Source of the DNA: Bacteriovoracia bacterium
Lineage (GTDB): Bacteria; Bdellovibrionota; UBA1018; JBFWNL01
Length of the DNA stretch: 64,000 nucleotides
Direction of reading: 5' to 3'
Assembly (NCBI GenBank): GCA_050251055.1
Contig: JBFWNL010000002.1
Coordinates: forward strand, 465,927-529,926
The translations under genes were made by a program, and so were the position numbers. This document shows, one piece after another, positions 29,293 to 38,986 of this stretch. Positions within the stretch are counted from its first letter, which is position 1. Each line of letters starts with the position of its first letter. Below the pieces are notes generated by a model. The model had not been told where the DNA came from. It made no database searches and worked only from the letters and a program-made list of their open reading frames with translations.

Positions 29293-29790
29293 TTAGAAAT
29301 CGTCCGCGGCCTGCGGATTCTTGGGTGTTTTTTGGGTGGTGGCCGTCTTGGATCCCGCAGCGCTAGGCGTTGCCGTAGTGAGGTTATTCTCCTCATCTCC
29401 CGGATAGGGAATGCCTTGCTTGGCAAACTTCTCTTTCCAGAAACTTACCATTTCAGTTCGGGCTTTTTTTGCGTCCACCAGGAACAAGTAGGGATCGAAG
29501 CCACAGTTCGGGCAAGCGAGAGATGTGCGCAGCCGCAGGCGATAGTACGTCTCGAAGATCGCCCAGAAGGGCACTAGCGAAATCATGCCCTTCCAGCCAA
29601 ACCAAGGCCACGTCGCGACGGTGAAGACCCCCGCCGTCAGCGCGATTCGAAACGCGTTGATGCCTGCCTCGGGACGCGGCCCCAAGGGTACTTTCCGTAC
29701 GCCACTGCACTGGGGGCAGTAAAACGTCCACCCTTTCCGGCGGGCGCCCTTCCACATCGTTTTTCTAGGCATCGAGTTTCTTGAATCCAT
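29293..29790 (-). CDS. Hypothetical membrane protein with split zinc ribbon
   Basis: YCPQC, two TM helices, then CPNCGFDPYL. Confidence 0.7.
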   Translation of the reverse strand: MDSRNSMPRKTMWKGARRKGWTFYCPQCSGVRKVPLGPRPEAGINAFRIALTAGVFTVATWPWFGWKGMISLVPFWAIFETYYRLRLRTSLACPNCGFDPYLFLVDAKKARTEMVSFWKEKFAKQGIPYPGDEENNLTTATPSAAGSKTATTQKTPKNPQAADDF

Positions 29791-29818
29791 CCGCGAACCT
29801 CAGTAAGAGTGTACACGA

Positions 29819-31072
29819 ATGAAATCGAGTTTGAAAAGCCGGCCGCGTCCAGGCCTCCGCTTCGACCCGAAACTCGAAGCGGAGTGGCGTTGGTATTTTG
29901 ACGAACAGGCGCCGAACTTCGTGCGCCAAACGTTCAGCCCCCCCAAACGCATTAAACAATCGCGGCCCTTCGGCGAGCCCGATGCCGCGTTTTTCTTCTC
30001 GGGGATCGCGGAGCTATCGGACTTTTTCACCGTTGACCGAGCCGGTGGACGCGAGCGCGGGCGGGTTCCCAACTACTTCTCGCATCCGCGCTTCCGCTCG
30101 TCGTACTTGCTCTACCTCTTTCCTTTGCAAGCCGCCAAATTCCTGCACCTCTGCCAACTCCACTTCCCTAAGCTACCCGAACGAAAGCGCATCCGAGTGC
30201 TCGACGTGGGCGCCGGACCCGGTACCGCCTCGATCGCGTTTCTGATGCATCTCTTTGATCTCGCGCGTGCGGAGGGGAAAGACATCGCGCCGCCGGACGT
30301 GGAGATGCTGTGGGTGGACACCAATCTCGAGATCATGCGCGACGGGCAAACCTTGATGCAAAACTGGCTGCGCGAACGCCCCGGCAAGAACCCCGCCGTG
30401 ACTTTACAGCTACAACGCGAGGATTGGAGCCGGCTGCAACCCAAGGGTTTCGACTATATTTTCCTGGGTAACGTTCTGAATGAGCTGCATCATCGCGCCG
30501 ACGAAACCCGAGCCCTCCTGGCGCGGATGATGTCGGCAAACCCTGGCGCGCATTTCCTCTTCGTCGAACCCGCCGACAAGGGCTCCTCCCAGCTCTTGGC
30601 TAAAGTAAGAGACGGTCTCGTAATGAAGGGCACTGACCCCACGGGCCCCGACTCGTCCGGAGGGGCGCCGCCCGCGAAACTCATTGGACCGTGCCTGCAC
30701 GCAGAAAAGTGTCCCCTTACCGACGGCCGCGACTGGTGCCACTTTTCGGTCCCCGCCGAAATTCCAGGGAAGTGGTTCCTGAACTTCTCAAAACGCCTGG
30801 GTTCCGCGCGCACGTGGATCAAGTTCTCCTACCTGTGTCTGGTGGAAAAGAGCGGTGCCACTCCCGCGCCCGCGCCGGGAAACGCCCGTCTCGTACTTAC
30901 CGATCCGCTCCGCGGGAAAGACGGAAAGACGCAGATCCTGCTCTGCGAACCGGAGCGCCCCCATCGCTGGGCCGTGCCGCCTAAGAGTGGGATTCATCGC
31001 GGAGATATCGTGGAAAGCGGGGCCTTCACCCCGTTAAAAACCGTAGCCGACACTAAACGAGATCGACGTTGA
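29819..31072 (+). CDS. Rsm22/METTL17-family SAM-dependent methyltransferase
   Basis: VLDVGAGPGTAS, GNVLNEL, VEPA, PCLHAEKCPL...DWCHF, KFSYL. Confidence 0.82.
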   Translation: MKSSLKSRPRPGLRFDPKLEAEWRWYFDEQAPNFVRQTFSPPKRIKQSRPFGEPDAAFFFSGIAELSDFFTVDRAGGRERGRVPNYFSHPRFRSSYLLYLFPLQAAKFLHLCQLHFPKLPERKRIRVLDVGAGPGTASIAFLMHLFDLARAEGKDIAPPDVEMLWVDTNLEIMRDGQTLMQNWLRERPGKNPAVTLQLQREDWSRLQPKGFDYIFLGNVLNELHHRADETRALLARMMSANPGAHFLFVEPADKGSSQLLAKVRDGLVMKGTDPTGPDSSGGAPPAKLIGPCLHAEKCPLTDGRDWCHFSVPAEIPGKWFLNFSKRLGSARTWIKFSYLCLVEKSGATPAPAPGNARLVLTDPLRGKDGKTQILLCEPERPHRWAVPPKSGIHRGDIVESGAFTPLKTVADTKRDRR

Positions 31073-32146
31073 GGCCACCGCCGTGGTGGAAACGCCATCT
31101 TCACCCGGCAGGGCGAAAGAGACGTTGGCGTAGTCGAGGTTGAACGTCATCGGATGGCCGTTCTTGAGGGGAAGTACATAGCCCGCCCCAGCCGCGAGTT
31201 CGCGATTCCCGAAAGGGAGACCGATAATGGGCGAGTACTTGGCATACACCAGCAGGGAGCTTCCGCCGGCGAACGCGCGGGACAGCACGGGGAAAAACTG
31301 CGGACCGGCCATATTTTTGAAGCCGAACGCGTTTTCCGTGACGATCATAGTGGTGAAATACCAGCCCGCCATCAAGCTCAACTTCCAGGGCGCTTTCACG
31401 AACGGCAGCGAGTAGCCGACCCGGCCGTTGATCCCCAAAAACCGGGCGGAAACTTTGACCGTGCTCGCACTCGCCGTCGTCGAAAACAGCGACGTCGAAG
31501 GATCGTAGTAGACGGTCGTCTGGCTAATGGGCAGCGCGGTGATGAACGTATTAAAAGCCAGATCCCACCGCGGCGGAGCAAGCAGGTAACCCAGCGATAG
31601 CTTGGCGGTCAGGCCAATCAGCGAGATGTCCGGCACGTTCTGTTCTTGGTAGTTGATGAAGCTCGGCCCCATGGAAACAAATAGGTTGAACCGTTTACGC
31701 TGGGCGAAACCATCCTTGGGATAGGTTTTGCGAAAATCCGCGAATTCCGAAAAGTTCACGAACAGGATAATGTCTTTCTTCTGCGACGGCCCCACGGCCT
31801 TGAGGACGACCTGGGTCTTAGGCCCCGTCAACGGAACGCGAAAAATAAAATTGGTGGTGTTCGAGCCCTGCTTCACCAGCCACTGCCGGTTCCAGAACAA
31901 ACCCCAGCCTTTTTTCCGAAACTCACCCTTAATGAGCACGACCGGACTCGTCTGGTCCCCTTCCCGCGATGCGTGGACCTTAATCTTACGATATCTCCAG
32001 AAAAGCTGCGGATCGGACTCGTCCGGGTTCGGCGAGGGCGAGACGATGGCCTGGTACTCCTTCGCCGCGTGCGCGTTCGACACGGCGATCCCTGTTCCCA
32101 GCAAAACCATCGCGATGAGGCACTTACTTAAGTTCAGCATCCGCAT
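31034..32146 (-). CDS. Putative outer-membrane beta-barrel protein, paralog 1
   Basis: Signal peptide ending AHA, amphipathic strands, C-terminal SFSVGYGF. Confidence 0.75.
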   Translation of the reverse strand: MRMLNLSKCLIAMVLLGTGIAVSNAHAAKEYQAIVSPSPNPDESDPQLFWRYRKIKVHASREGDQTSPVVLIKGEFRKKGWGLFWNRQWLVKQGSNTTNFIFRVPLTGPKTQVVLKAVGPSQKKDIILFVNFSEFADFRKTYPKDGFAQRKRFNLFVSMGPSFINYQEQNVPDISLIGLTAKLSLGYLLAPPRWDLAFNTFITALPISQTTVYYDPSTSLFSTTASASTVKVSARFLGINGRVGYSLPFVKAPWKLSLMAGWYFTTMIVTENAFGFKNMAGPQFFPVLSRAFAGGSSLLVYAKYSPIIGLPFGNRELAAGAGYVLPLKNGHPMTFNLDYANVSFALPGEDGVSTTAVASTSISFSVGYGF

Positions 32147-32264
32147 AAGCGTCGATCTTTATATGGTAAGCGGGTGAAACCGACGGTTCAACCGATAAAG
32201 TGGAATCGCGGCGCTAGATCTCGGGGAGGGAAATTATTTCCCAGAGAGAATTTTGACGACCGAA

Positions 32265-33395
32265 TCAAAGGCCGTAGCCCAAGCTGAAGGAAAGGGAGTT
32301 CGATTGCACGGTCACGGGCGCCGGCAAGTTCACGCTTGAGAAGCGAAAATAAAGATTCGCGTAATCCAAGTTGAAGGTGACAGGATGCCCGTTCTTGAGC
32401 ATCACCAGGTAACCCAGGCCAGTGGCGATCTCGCGGTTGGAAAACGTCAGCCCCAATATCGGCGAGAATTTGGCATAGAGAAACATCGTGCTTCCGCCGG
32501 AAAACGTGCGGGAAATCATCGGGAAAATCTGGGGCCCGACCATGTTGCGATACCCCATCACGCTTGAGCTCACTAGCATCGTCGCGAGGTACCAGCCCGC
32601 GTGCAAGCTGAGCTTCCAAGGCGGGGACACGAACGGAAACGCGTAGCCGATGCGCCCGTTCACGCCCAAGAAACGCACCGTGGGTTTGATCGTGTTCGCA
32701 TTGGGGGAGCTATAGAATCGGGAGGTTCCGGCCGCCGAACCCCGCTGTTCCTCGGGGCGCGGATCCACGTTCAAATCTGTTTGGCTGAGCGACAATGCCG
32801 TGATGAAAGCATTGAATGCGAGATCCCAGCGCGGCGGAAACAGAAAGTACGAAAGCGATATCTTGGTCGTCAGCGCCGTGTAATGAAACGCCGGCACGCT
32901 GTCCTCCTGATAGAAAACATAAGTAGGGCCCAGCGACAGGTAAAAATTGAAACGCTTCTGGCGAATGACGATTTCCTTCGGGTTGGTTTTCCGGAAATCC
33001 GAAAACTCATGGAAAACCACGGAGATCTTGACGTCTTTTTCCACGCCCCCACCCGACACCTTCAGCAGCACCGGCGTCACCTCGCCCGTGAGGGGCAAGC
33101 GAAAGAGAAAGTTCGAAGTAGACGCGCCGGCCTTCTTGAGTACCTGCTTATTCCAAACCAACGAGGAGCCTTTGCGCTCGAAGATCCCCTTGATGAGAAC
33201 GACCGGCGAAAGCTCGTCGCCTTCCATCGACACCTGGACGTTGAGCTTACGAAACTTCCAATAGAGATCGGGATCGCTCTCGACTTCCTTATCCGAGGGC
33301 ACGAGGACCGCTTGGTAGTCTTTGGCGGACGCCCCCGGAACGTTACCGAAGACGGCCAATCCGATCAGAGCTGCCAAACCCCAAGCCGCGCGCAT
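32265..33395 (-). CDS. Putative outer-membrane beta-barrel protein, paralog 2
   Basis: Signal peptide from ATG 33395; aligns along its length with paralog 1; C-terminal SFSLGYGL. Confidence 0.75.
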   Translation of the reverse strand: MRAAWGLAALIGLAVFGNVPGASAKDYQAVLVPSDKEVESDPDLYWKFRKLNVQVSMEGDELSPVVLIKGIFERKGSSLVWNKQVLKKAGASTSNFLFRLPLTGEVTPVLLKVSGGGVEKDVKISVVFHEFSDFRKTNPKEIVIRQKRFNFYLSLGPTYVFYQEDSVPAFHYTALTTKISLSYFLFPPRWDLAFNAFITALSLSQTDLNVDPRPEEQRGSAAGTSRFYSSPNANTIKPTVRFLGVNGRIGYAFPFVSPPWKLSLHAGWYLATMLVSSSVMGYRNMVGPQIFPMISRTFSGGSTMFLYAKFSPILGLTFSNREIATGLGYLVMLKNGHPVTFNLDYANLYFRFSSVNLPAPVTVQSNSLSFSLGYGL

Positions 33396-33408
33396 TCCCT
33401 GAGTATAT

Positions 33409-34662
33409 TCAATCGCCTCTGAATAACAAAGTGGCGAAAAAACCATCCGGCTCTCCCGGATCGGCCGGGGAAAGCCGCCACTCCGCGAGCGAGCGCCAAT
33501 TGTCCGCCGATGCTCTCGCCGCCAGCCACGCCTCCACGCACTGGGGGCCTTCCTCCGGGAGCACCGAACAGACCGAATAGAGCAGGTACCCCTGGGGCCG
33601 CACCCGAACGGCGCCTTCGTCAAGCAGCTGGGATTGGATAGCCAACAACGATTTTAATCCGGCTTCCTGCTTGGTCCATCTCACCTCGGGGTGCCTCCGC
33701 AGAAGACCCGTGCTCGTGCACGGCGCATCGACCCAGACCCAGTCGTAGCGCGTCTCTCCCAAGCCCTCCGGAGACGACACTTTCACCGAGGTCGCGCCCA
33801 CGCGGGCCAGGTTTTCGCGAAGCCGCGTGATCCGCCCCGGATCGACGTCCGATGCCGTCACCCGATAGCCCTGCCATGCCAAGCCCATCGTCTTGCCGCC
33901 AGGGGCGGCGCAGAGATCGAGCACCTCGGCGTCGGCCCCGCCCCGACTCTTCACGATACCACCCGCTTCAAACAAGACGCGCTGACTAGACAGATCCTGG
34001 ACGAAAAATTCCCCGGCGCGAAACTCCGGACGCTCCGTAAAAGGACTGGCGCCTTCCCAACGAAAGGAGCCGGGCACGGGGCCCACTTCTCCCAGCCCAT
34101 CGGCGGCAAGCCGAGACGCGAGCTCCGCGGTTCGGCAATGCAACCAGACCGACGGTCGCGTGAGCGAGCCACGTGCGTAGCGGGCGGCCCAATCGGCGCC
34201 ATAATAGGCCTCCCACTTTCGCCACATCCAAGCGGGCACGCTGTACCAGGCCGACAACTGCTCCGAAGTAATATCCTCGGGCGGATAGGCGCCCTGCCCC
34301 CACCGTTCCCGATCAGCGGCGACTTTGCGTAAGAGCGCATTCGCGAAGCCAGCCGGCGCCGCACCGTCTTTCCGCTTAATCTCCTCGACCGTTTCATTGA
34401 TGACGAGGGCAACCGGCGTATCCGGTTGGGCTAATAGTTGGTAAATGCCGATTTCAAGCGCGCGCCGAAGCCAGCCCGTGGGCTTTTTTTTCTGGCTATA
34501 TCTCCCAAGCAGCCAATCGATACGGCCGCGCCAACGAACCGCGCCCTGGACCACCTCGCGCATCCACGGCGTCCAGTCCGCTATTTCTCCGGGAGAAATT
34601 TCGCCCGCAGCGGCCGCGCCTAGCTTTTGAATGGCGAGCGCGCGGGGTCTAGCGGGCTCCAT
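33409..34662 (-). CDS. rsmB: 16S rRNA m5C methyltransferase RsmB/Sun with NusB-like N-domain
   Basis: GIYQL, INETVE, FANALLRK, VQD, DLCAAPGGKT, VDAPCTSTG..RRHPE, YSVCS..PEEG. Start uncertain (34662 or 34707). Confidence 0.85.
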   Translation of the reverse strand: MEPARPRALAIQKLGAAAAGEISPGEIADWTPWMREVVQGAVRWRGRIDWLLGRYSQKKKPTGWLRRALEIGIYQLLAQPDTPVALVINETVEEIKRKDGAAPAGFANALLRKVAADRERWGQGAYPPEDITSEQLSAWYSVPAWMWRKWEAYYGADWAARYARGSLTRPSVWLHCRTAELASRLAADGLGEVGPVPGSFRWEGASPFTERPEFRAGEFFVQDLSSQRVLFEAGGIVKSRGGADAEVLDLCAAPGGKTMGLAWQGYRVTASDVDPGRITRLRENLARVGATSVKVSSPEGLGETRYDWVWVDAPCTSTGLLRRHPEVRWTKQEAGLKSLLAIQSQLLDEGAVRVRPQGYLLYSVCSVLPEEGPQCVEAWLAARASADNWRSLAEWRLSPADPGEPDGFFATLLFRGD

Positions 34663-35692
34663 TCCAGAGCCAATAGATGCCGGGTGCGCGGCGAGCGCCG
34701 CCGCCATCTAACTCACCTAGACCCAATCGCGCCAGCACCTGATCCGCCAGCCGCTCCACGAGTCCACCCGCCCGGGCGCGACTGTCCTCTTCGTCGGGTT
34801 GATCGAGCAAAAATTCGAGCAGCCGATCACGCCGGTGCTCACGTGGGTAAACCACGCGCGGTTCTCCTTTGATGTCGGCCAGCTTGCCTGCCTCGGCAAT
34901 CGCGTCCTGGAGGGTGCCGAGCTGGTCCACGAGCTTCAGCTCCTTCGCCTGCTCGCCCGAGAAGATGCGGCCATCCGCGATGGGCGTGATTTTCTCGAGG
35001 GGTAGCTTGCGGCCTTCGGCGACCGCGCGCTTGAACTGCGCGAGCACGTTATCGAGCATGCCTTGAAAAAGCGCGCGTTCTTCCGCCGTCATTTCTCGGT
35101 AGCTCGCCCCGCCGTCCTTGAACTTGCCGGTTTTAATCGCGAAGCGCTGGATCTTCGCCCACTCATAAAGGCGCTGCAGATTCGCGAACTCCATGATCAC
35201 GCCGATCGATCCCGTGATCGTGCCGGGGTTCGAGAAAATCTTACGCGCGGCCATGGCCACGTAGAAACCGCCGCTGGCGGCCACGGATCCCATCGAAGCT
35301 ACGACCGGTTTCTTGGCGTTGAGCTTTTTCACGGCTTCGTAGATCTCCTGCGACGGGCCCACCGCGCCCCCGGGGGAATCCACCCGGATCACGACGGCCT
35401 TGATGCGGTCGCTCTTCTCGAATTTCCGAATCTGCTTCGTGAGTTTCTTGGACTCCATGATCACGCCGCTCAGCTCGATCACGCCCACCGCGCCCGAGTT
35501 GCCGTCGAAAATGGCCGTCCGGCTTTCCTTGCCGTCCTCCCAGTCGCCGGGGCCGCCGAAAAAGAACATTGCGCCGGCGATCGCGAGGAAGATCATGAAG
35601 AAAACCCCCGACAGGATCAATACGAGAGCGAGGGGGCTCATTTTCTTCTTCGTAGGTGCGGGAGATGGAGGAAGCGGTGACATTTGGTCCAT
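34649..35692 (-). CDS. sppA: Signal peptide peptidase SppA (S49)
   Basis: RVDSPGG, VAASGGFY, TGSIGV, KTGKFKD, ADGRIFSGEQA. Confidence 0.93.
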   Translation of the reverse strand: MDQMSPLPPSPAPTKKKMSPLALVLILSGVFFMIFLAIAGAMFFFGGPGDWEDGKESRTAIFDGNSGAVGVIELSGVIMESKKLTKQIRKFEKSDRIKAVVIRVDSPGGAVGPSQEIYEAVKKLNAKKPVVASMGSVAASGGFYVAMAARKIFSNPGTITGSIGVIMEFANLQRLYEWAKIQRFAIKTGKFKDGGASYREMTAEERALFQGMLDNVLAQFKRAVAEGRKLPLEKITPIADGRIFSGEQAKELKLVDQLGTLQDAIAEAGKLADIKGEPRVVYPREHRRDRLLEFLLDQPDEEDSRARAGGLVERLADQVLARLGLGELDGGGARRAPGIYWLWNGAR

Positions 35693-35741
35693 AGACCCGC
35701 GAGTTTAATCAAACTCGGGGAAAACCCCAACCGGTATCCGC

Positions 35742-37082
35742 TTACTTTTTTCCGACTATTCGCGTCATCCGAAGGTGCTCCGCCTGCGGGGCTTGTTGGG
35801 AGCCATGAGCCGCAATCACGGCCCGGTAGTAGTCCGCCGAGGGGTGCGCCCGACGCTCGAACGTCTCGTAGTCCACGTGATAAAGACCAAAGCGCGGGCC
35901 AAACCCCTTGATCCACTCAAAGTTATCGAGAAGCGACCAATAATAGTAACCGCGAATGTCCGCGCCCTTTTCGATGGCCCGGGCGATCTCAAGTAGGTGC
36001 TGGCGGATAAACTCGGCGCGATGCGCGTCGTCCCGATCGGCAATGCCATTTTCCGTCACGTAGATCGGCAGTCCGTAGCGGGCAGCCCCTTTGAGCACTC
36101 GGCGAAAACCGCGCGGATGAATAGCCCATCCCACGTCCGACATCGCCTCCTGCCGGCGGGCGAACGAAATTCCGAAGGGCAGCTGCGCGGTATTTCCCGC
36201 TTCCTTCGTCTTCGGTTGCCAGCGAAGATAGCCTTTCGTGTAATAGTTCACGCCCAAGAAGTCCACGGACCGGCGCCCCTGGGCTTCCTTCACCGGACGG
36301 ATGTTCGGTAAAACCCCCGCCACCTCGAAGTTTTGTGACCGCCCGAGCACGGCCTCGATCCACGACCAGTTGTAGAACTTGGAAAGGCTCCACGTGAGCG
36401 CCCACTCCAGAGGATGCCAAACCCGGTCCGGACGAAAATCAATGAAGTTATGGGCCAGTCCGACTTCCACGGGACTCCCTCTTTCCGCGGCTTCTTGGTG
36501 GATCCAGTCGTACGCCAGCACGTGAGCGCGGAGAAGATTGTGGATCGCATGATTCGCGCGCCGCGGATCGAACTCGGCGGGAGGCATGAAGCCGGCGAGA
36601 TAGCTTCCAATCACGAGCACCATGGGTTCGTTGAACGTGCACCAATGAAAGACCCGATGGCCCATCACTTCGACGACCTTCTTCACGAAGTTCAGGAAAA
36701 GGTCGGGCGCCGCGCGCTGGGCGAAGCCTCCCTGGGCGGTGAACCAAGCGGGCGAGGTGAAATGATGCAAAGTCGCCATCGGCAGAATTCCGTGACGTTC
36801 GCATTCGGTGATCAAATCCAGGTACCACGCGATCGCCGAAGGGTCCCACTTCCCTCGCTCGGGCTCGATGCGTGACCACTCGATGGAAAAACGGTAGCTA
36901 TTGAGCTTCAGCTCGGCCGCGAGCCGGATATCCTCCCGAAATCGGTGGAAGTGATCCGTCGCCTTGCCGGATAGGACGCCGCCCTCGATCTTGCCCAGCT
37001 GCTCCCACTCCCACCAGTCATTGCGGGAGTTATAACCTTCGATCTGATGCGCGCTCGTGGCCGCGCCCCACAGAAATTTCAC
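35742..37082 (-). CDS. Glycoside hydrolase family 1 beta-glucosidase
   Basis: FLWGAATSAHQIEG, YRFSIEWSRIEP, TFNEP (acid/base), VTENG (nucleophile), WSLLDNFEW. Confidence 0.93.
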   Translation of the reverse strand: MKFLWGAATSAHQIEGYNSRNDWWEWEQLGKIEGGVLSGKATDHFHRFREDIRLAAELKLNSYRFSIEWSRIEPERGKWDPSAIAWYLDLITECERHGILPMATLHHFTSPAWFTAQGGFAQRAAPDLFLNFVKKVVEVMGHRVFHWCTFNEPMVLVIGSYLAGFMPPAEFDPRRANHAIHNLLRAHVLAYDWIHQEAAERGSPVEVGLAHNFIDFRPDRVWHPLEWALTWSLSKFYNWSWIEAVLGRSQNFEVAGVLPNIRPVKEAQGRRSVDFLGVNYYTKGYLRWQPKTKEAGNTAQLPFGISFARRQEAMSDVGWAIHPRGFRRVLKGAARYGLPIYVTENGIADRDDAHRAEFIRQHLLEIARAIEKGADIRGYYYWSLLDNFEWIKGFGPRFGLYHVDYETFERRAHPSADYYRAVIAAHGSQQAPQAEHLRMTRIVGKK

Positions 37083-37086
37083 GTCG

Positions 37087-38292
37087 TCACACCGTTTCTT
37101 TGGCTAAAGCAGGCGACGACGGAGCGCCCCCGTCTAGGGCCGGATGGGAGGCTCCCTCTAGGATTCCACCCGGGAGCAACCGCATACGGCGGCCGCGCCA
37201 AAGGATCGTGTCCCCGCAAATCGTGTCGAGCCAGAGCGGGATCGCGATCAGCTCGCGAAAAAACCAAGCCAGCGGCATCCAACGGCTCCAACGCATCCCC
37301 ATCGCGCGCATCTGCCAAATATCCAAGGCTCCCCAAATGAGAAGATGCGCGGCCAGAAACTGATCCATCGGCACTTGCCAAAGCCAATTGGCGCCGATCG
37401 CGCCCAAGATCCCGCTGAGCACCGAGCCCAGGAGCGGCTCGGCCAGGATCGCCAGCGGCACCTGCGCCTTGCGGATGCGGCCCCAACGGACGTGCCGGGC
37501 CCAGAAGGCGCCGAGCGCGTAACGCCCGATGGGCTGGGAAATGGGATCGGTCACGGTGACGATACGCAGGCCCAAGCGCCGCATCGCCTCGCCGGTCATG
37601 TAGTCCTCGGCCAGGAAGCGCCCCAGGGAGCGCAGCCCGCCGAAGCGCTCCGCATTGCGCTTTTGGAACATCATGGATTTACCCATCACGCACGGGCGGC
37701 CAAACACGCGGTCGGACACCACCATCCAACGGGCGTAGTAGGTATTCAGGAACACCGCCTCGAGATGGCCAAAGAAACCCCTTGGATCGCAGCCGCCAAC
37801 GACGGAGGTCAAAACCCCTACCCCAGGCTCAATATGGGCGACCATGCGCTTGAGCGCGTCGGGCCGGACGCGCACGTTACTATCGGTGATCCAGATCCAA
37901 TCGTGGGCCGCCGCGCGGTAACTGCGCGCCATATTATTCACCTTGGGGTTCATCCCGATCTTTTCGTCGCCCATGATGAGACGGGCGCGCACCCGCGGAA
38001 ACTTCCGCAGCAGGCGCTCCACCACGGCGCGGGCGGGATCTAGAGGATCGGCGATCGTAAATAGAATTTCGAAGACCGGATAATCCAGATGGAAAAACGT
38101 CTCGAGATTTTCTTCCAGAGCATGATCGACTCCTTTGAGGGGCTTCAAAATAGAAATGGGATACAGCCCAAACGGCGCATCGAGATGGGGCGGTGGCTGT
38201 TTAAAGTGCCGCCTGGTTAACCTGGTCCCGAAGATCGTCATCCCCAGGACCGCGGCCCAGATCGCGCACATTAATATACTTTCGGGGGTCAC
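37087..38292 (-). CDS. Ceramide glucosyltransferase-like protein (GT21 / HpnI family)
   Basis: N-terminal TM, SILKPLKGVD, NPKVNN, TDSNVRV, MGKSMM, LAEDY, RHVRW.RIR, WRGR. GTG 38292 has a GAGGA RBS (ORF extends to 38319). Confidence 0.85.
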   Translation of the reverse strand: MTPESILMCAIWAAVLGMTIFGTRLTRRHFKQPPPHLDAPFGLYPISILKPLKGVDHALEENLETFFHLDYPVFEILFTIADPLDPARAVVERLLRKFPRVRARLIMGDEKIGMNPKVNNMARSYRAAAHDWIWITDSNVRVRPDALKRMVAHIEPGVGVLTSVVGGCDPRGFFGHLEAVFLNTYYARWMVVSDRVFGRPCVMGKSMMFQKRNAERFGGLRSLGRFLAEDYMTGEAMRRLGLRIVTVTDPISQPIGRYALGAFWARHVRWGRIRKAQVPLAILAEPLLGSVLSGILGAIGANWLWQVPMDQFLAAHLLIWGALDIWQMRAMGMRWSRWMPLAWFFRELIAIPLWLDTICGDTILWRGRRMRLLPGGILEGASHPALDGGAPSSPALAKETV

Positions 38293-38986
38293 TCTTTCTT
38301 TCCTCGTCGTAGTAAACAATTTTGAGATCCTGCCGGCGGATCGCCCGCATGATCGCCTCGGGATGGCGCTCGCAATCGAGCGCCGTTTTCCAAGAGGTCA
38401 TCTGGTTCCGAACGTGCAAATCGCTGTTGGCCAGCTTTGGCAGCCGGCTCTCCGCCACTTCGGAAAACAGATAGGGGCCGCTCGCGACTTCCCAGGCGTC
38501 GAACAGCTCCGCCAGCTCGCGGCGGCGCGACCAGATATGGAAAGTCTGCTTCTCCACTTTGCGCGTGAAGACGGGATGGGCGACCACGGATAGGCCGCCC
38601 GCTTCGCGAATCGAGGTGGCGATATCGGCCACGTCGTCGTTGGCGTCGAGGAATTCCTCGACATTAAGCGCGAGCACGTGCGCGGAGCGGGAGTTCGCCA
38701 CCGAGTTTTTGGTGAGTTCGAGGCCAGGCAGGAGCACCATTCCGTACTGCTCGCGCGCACGCTCGGCCTCGGAGCGGAGAATTTCGATGTATAAAGGAAA
38801 GGTCGCCGGGGTAAGGGTGTGCTCGAGCATCCGGGCGGCTTTACCCAAAAAGGTGCCGCTTTCGCAAAGATGGTCGGTGATGGCGATCGCACCAAACCCC
38901 TGTTCTCCGTACAGGTCCACGAGCTCCGGGATCGACAGCTTCCCGTCGCTGAAATTCGAATGAATGTGAAAGTCAGCTAGGAACAT
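38201..38986 (-). CDS. PHP-domain metallophosphoesterase
   Basis: DFHIHSNFSDG, AITDH, PGLE, AHP, ANSDLH. Confidence 0.87.
   Translation of the reverse strand: MFLADFHIHSNFSDGKLSIPELVDLYGEQGFGAIAITDHLCESGTFLGKAARMLEHTLTPATFPLYIEILRSEAERAREQYGMVLLPGLELTKNSVANSRSAHVLALNVEEFLDANDDVADIATSIREAGGLSVVAHPVFTRKVEKQTFHIWSRRRELAELFDAWEVASGPYLFSEVAESRLPKLANSDLHVRNQMTSWKTALDCERHPEAIMRAIRRQDLKIVYYDEERKSDPRKYINVRDLGRGPGDDDLRDQVNQAAL

Noticed and set aside
31034-31072. 39-nt convergent overlap of Rsm22 and the OMP gene
   Set aside because: Short tail-to-tail overlaps are common in compact GC-rich genomes.
32188-32200. CCGATAAA sigma28-like box on the plus strand
   Set aside because: No matching -35 and no downstream plus-strand gene.
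33396-33623. N-terminal ORF-track extensions (also at 27210, 46070, 62445, 57323 and 3170)
   Set aside because: They overlap upstream genes and precede clear signal peptides or domain starts; downstream ATGs were chosen.
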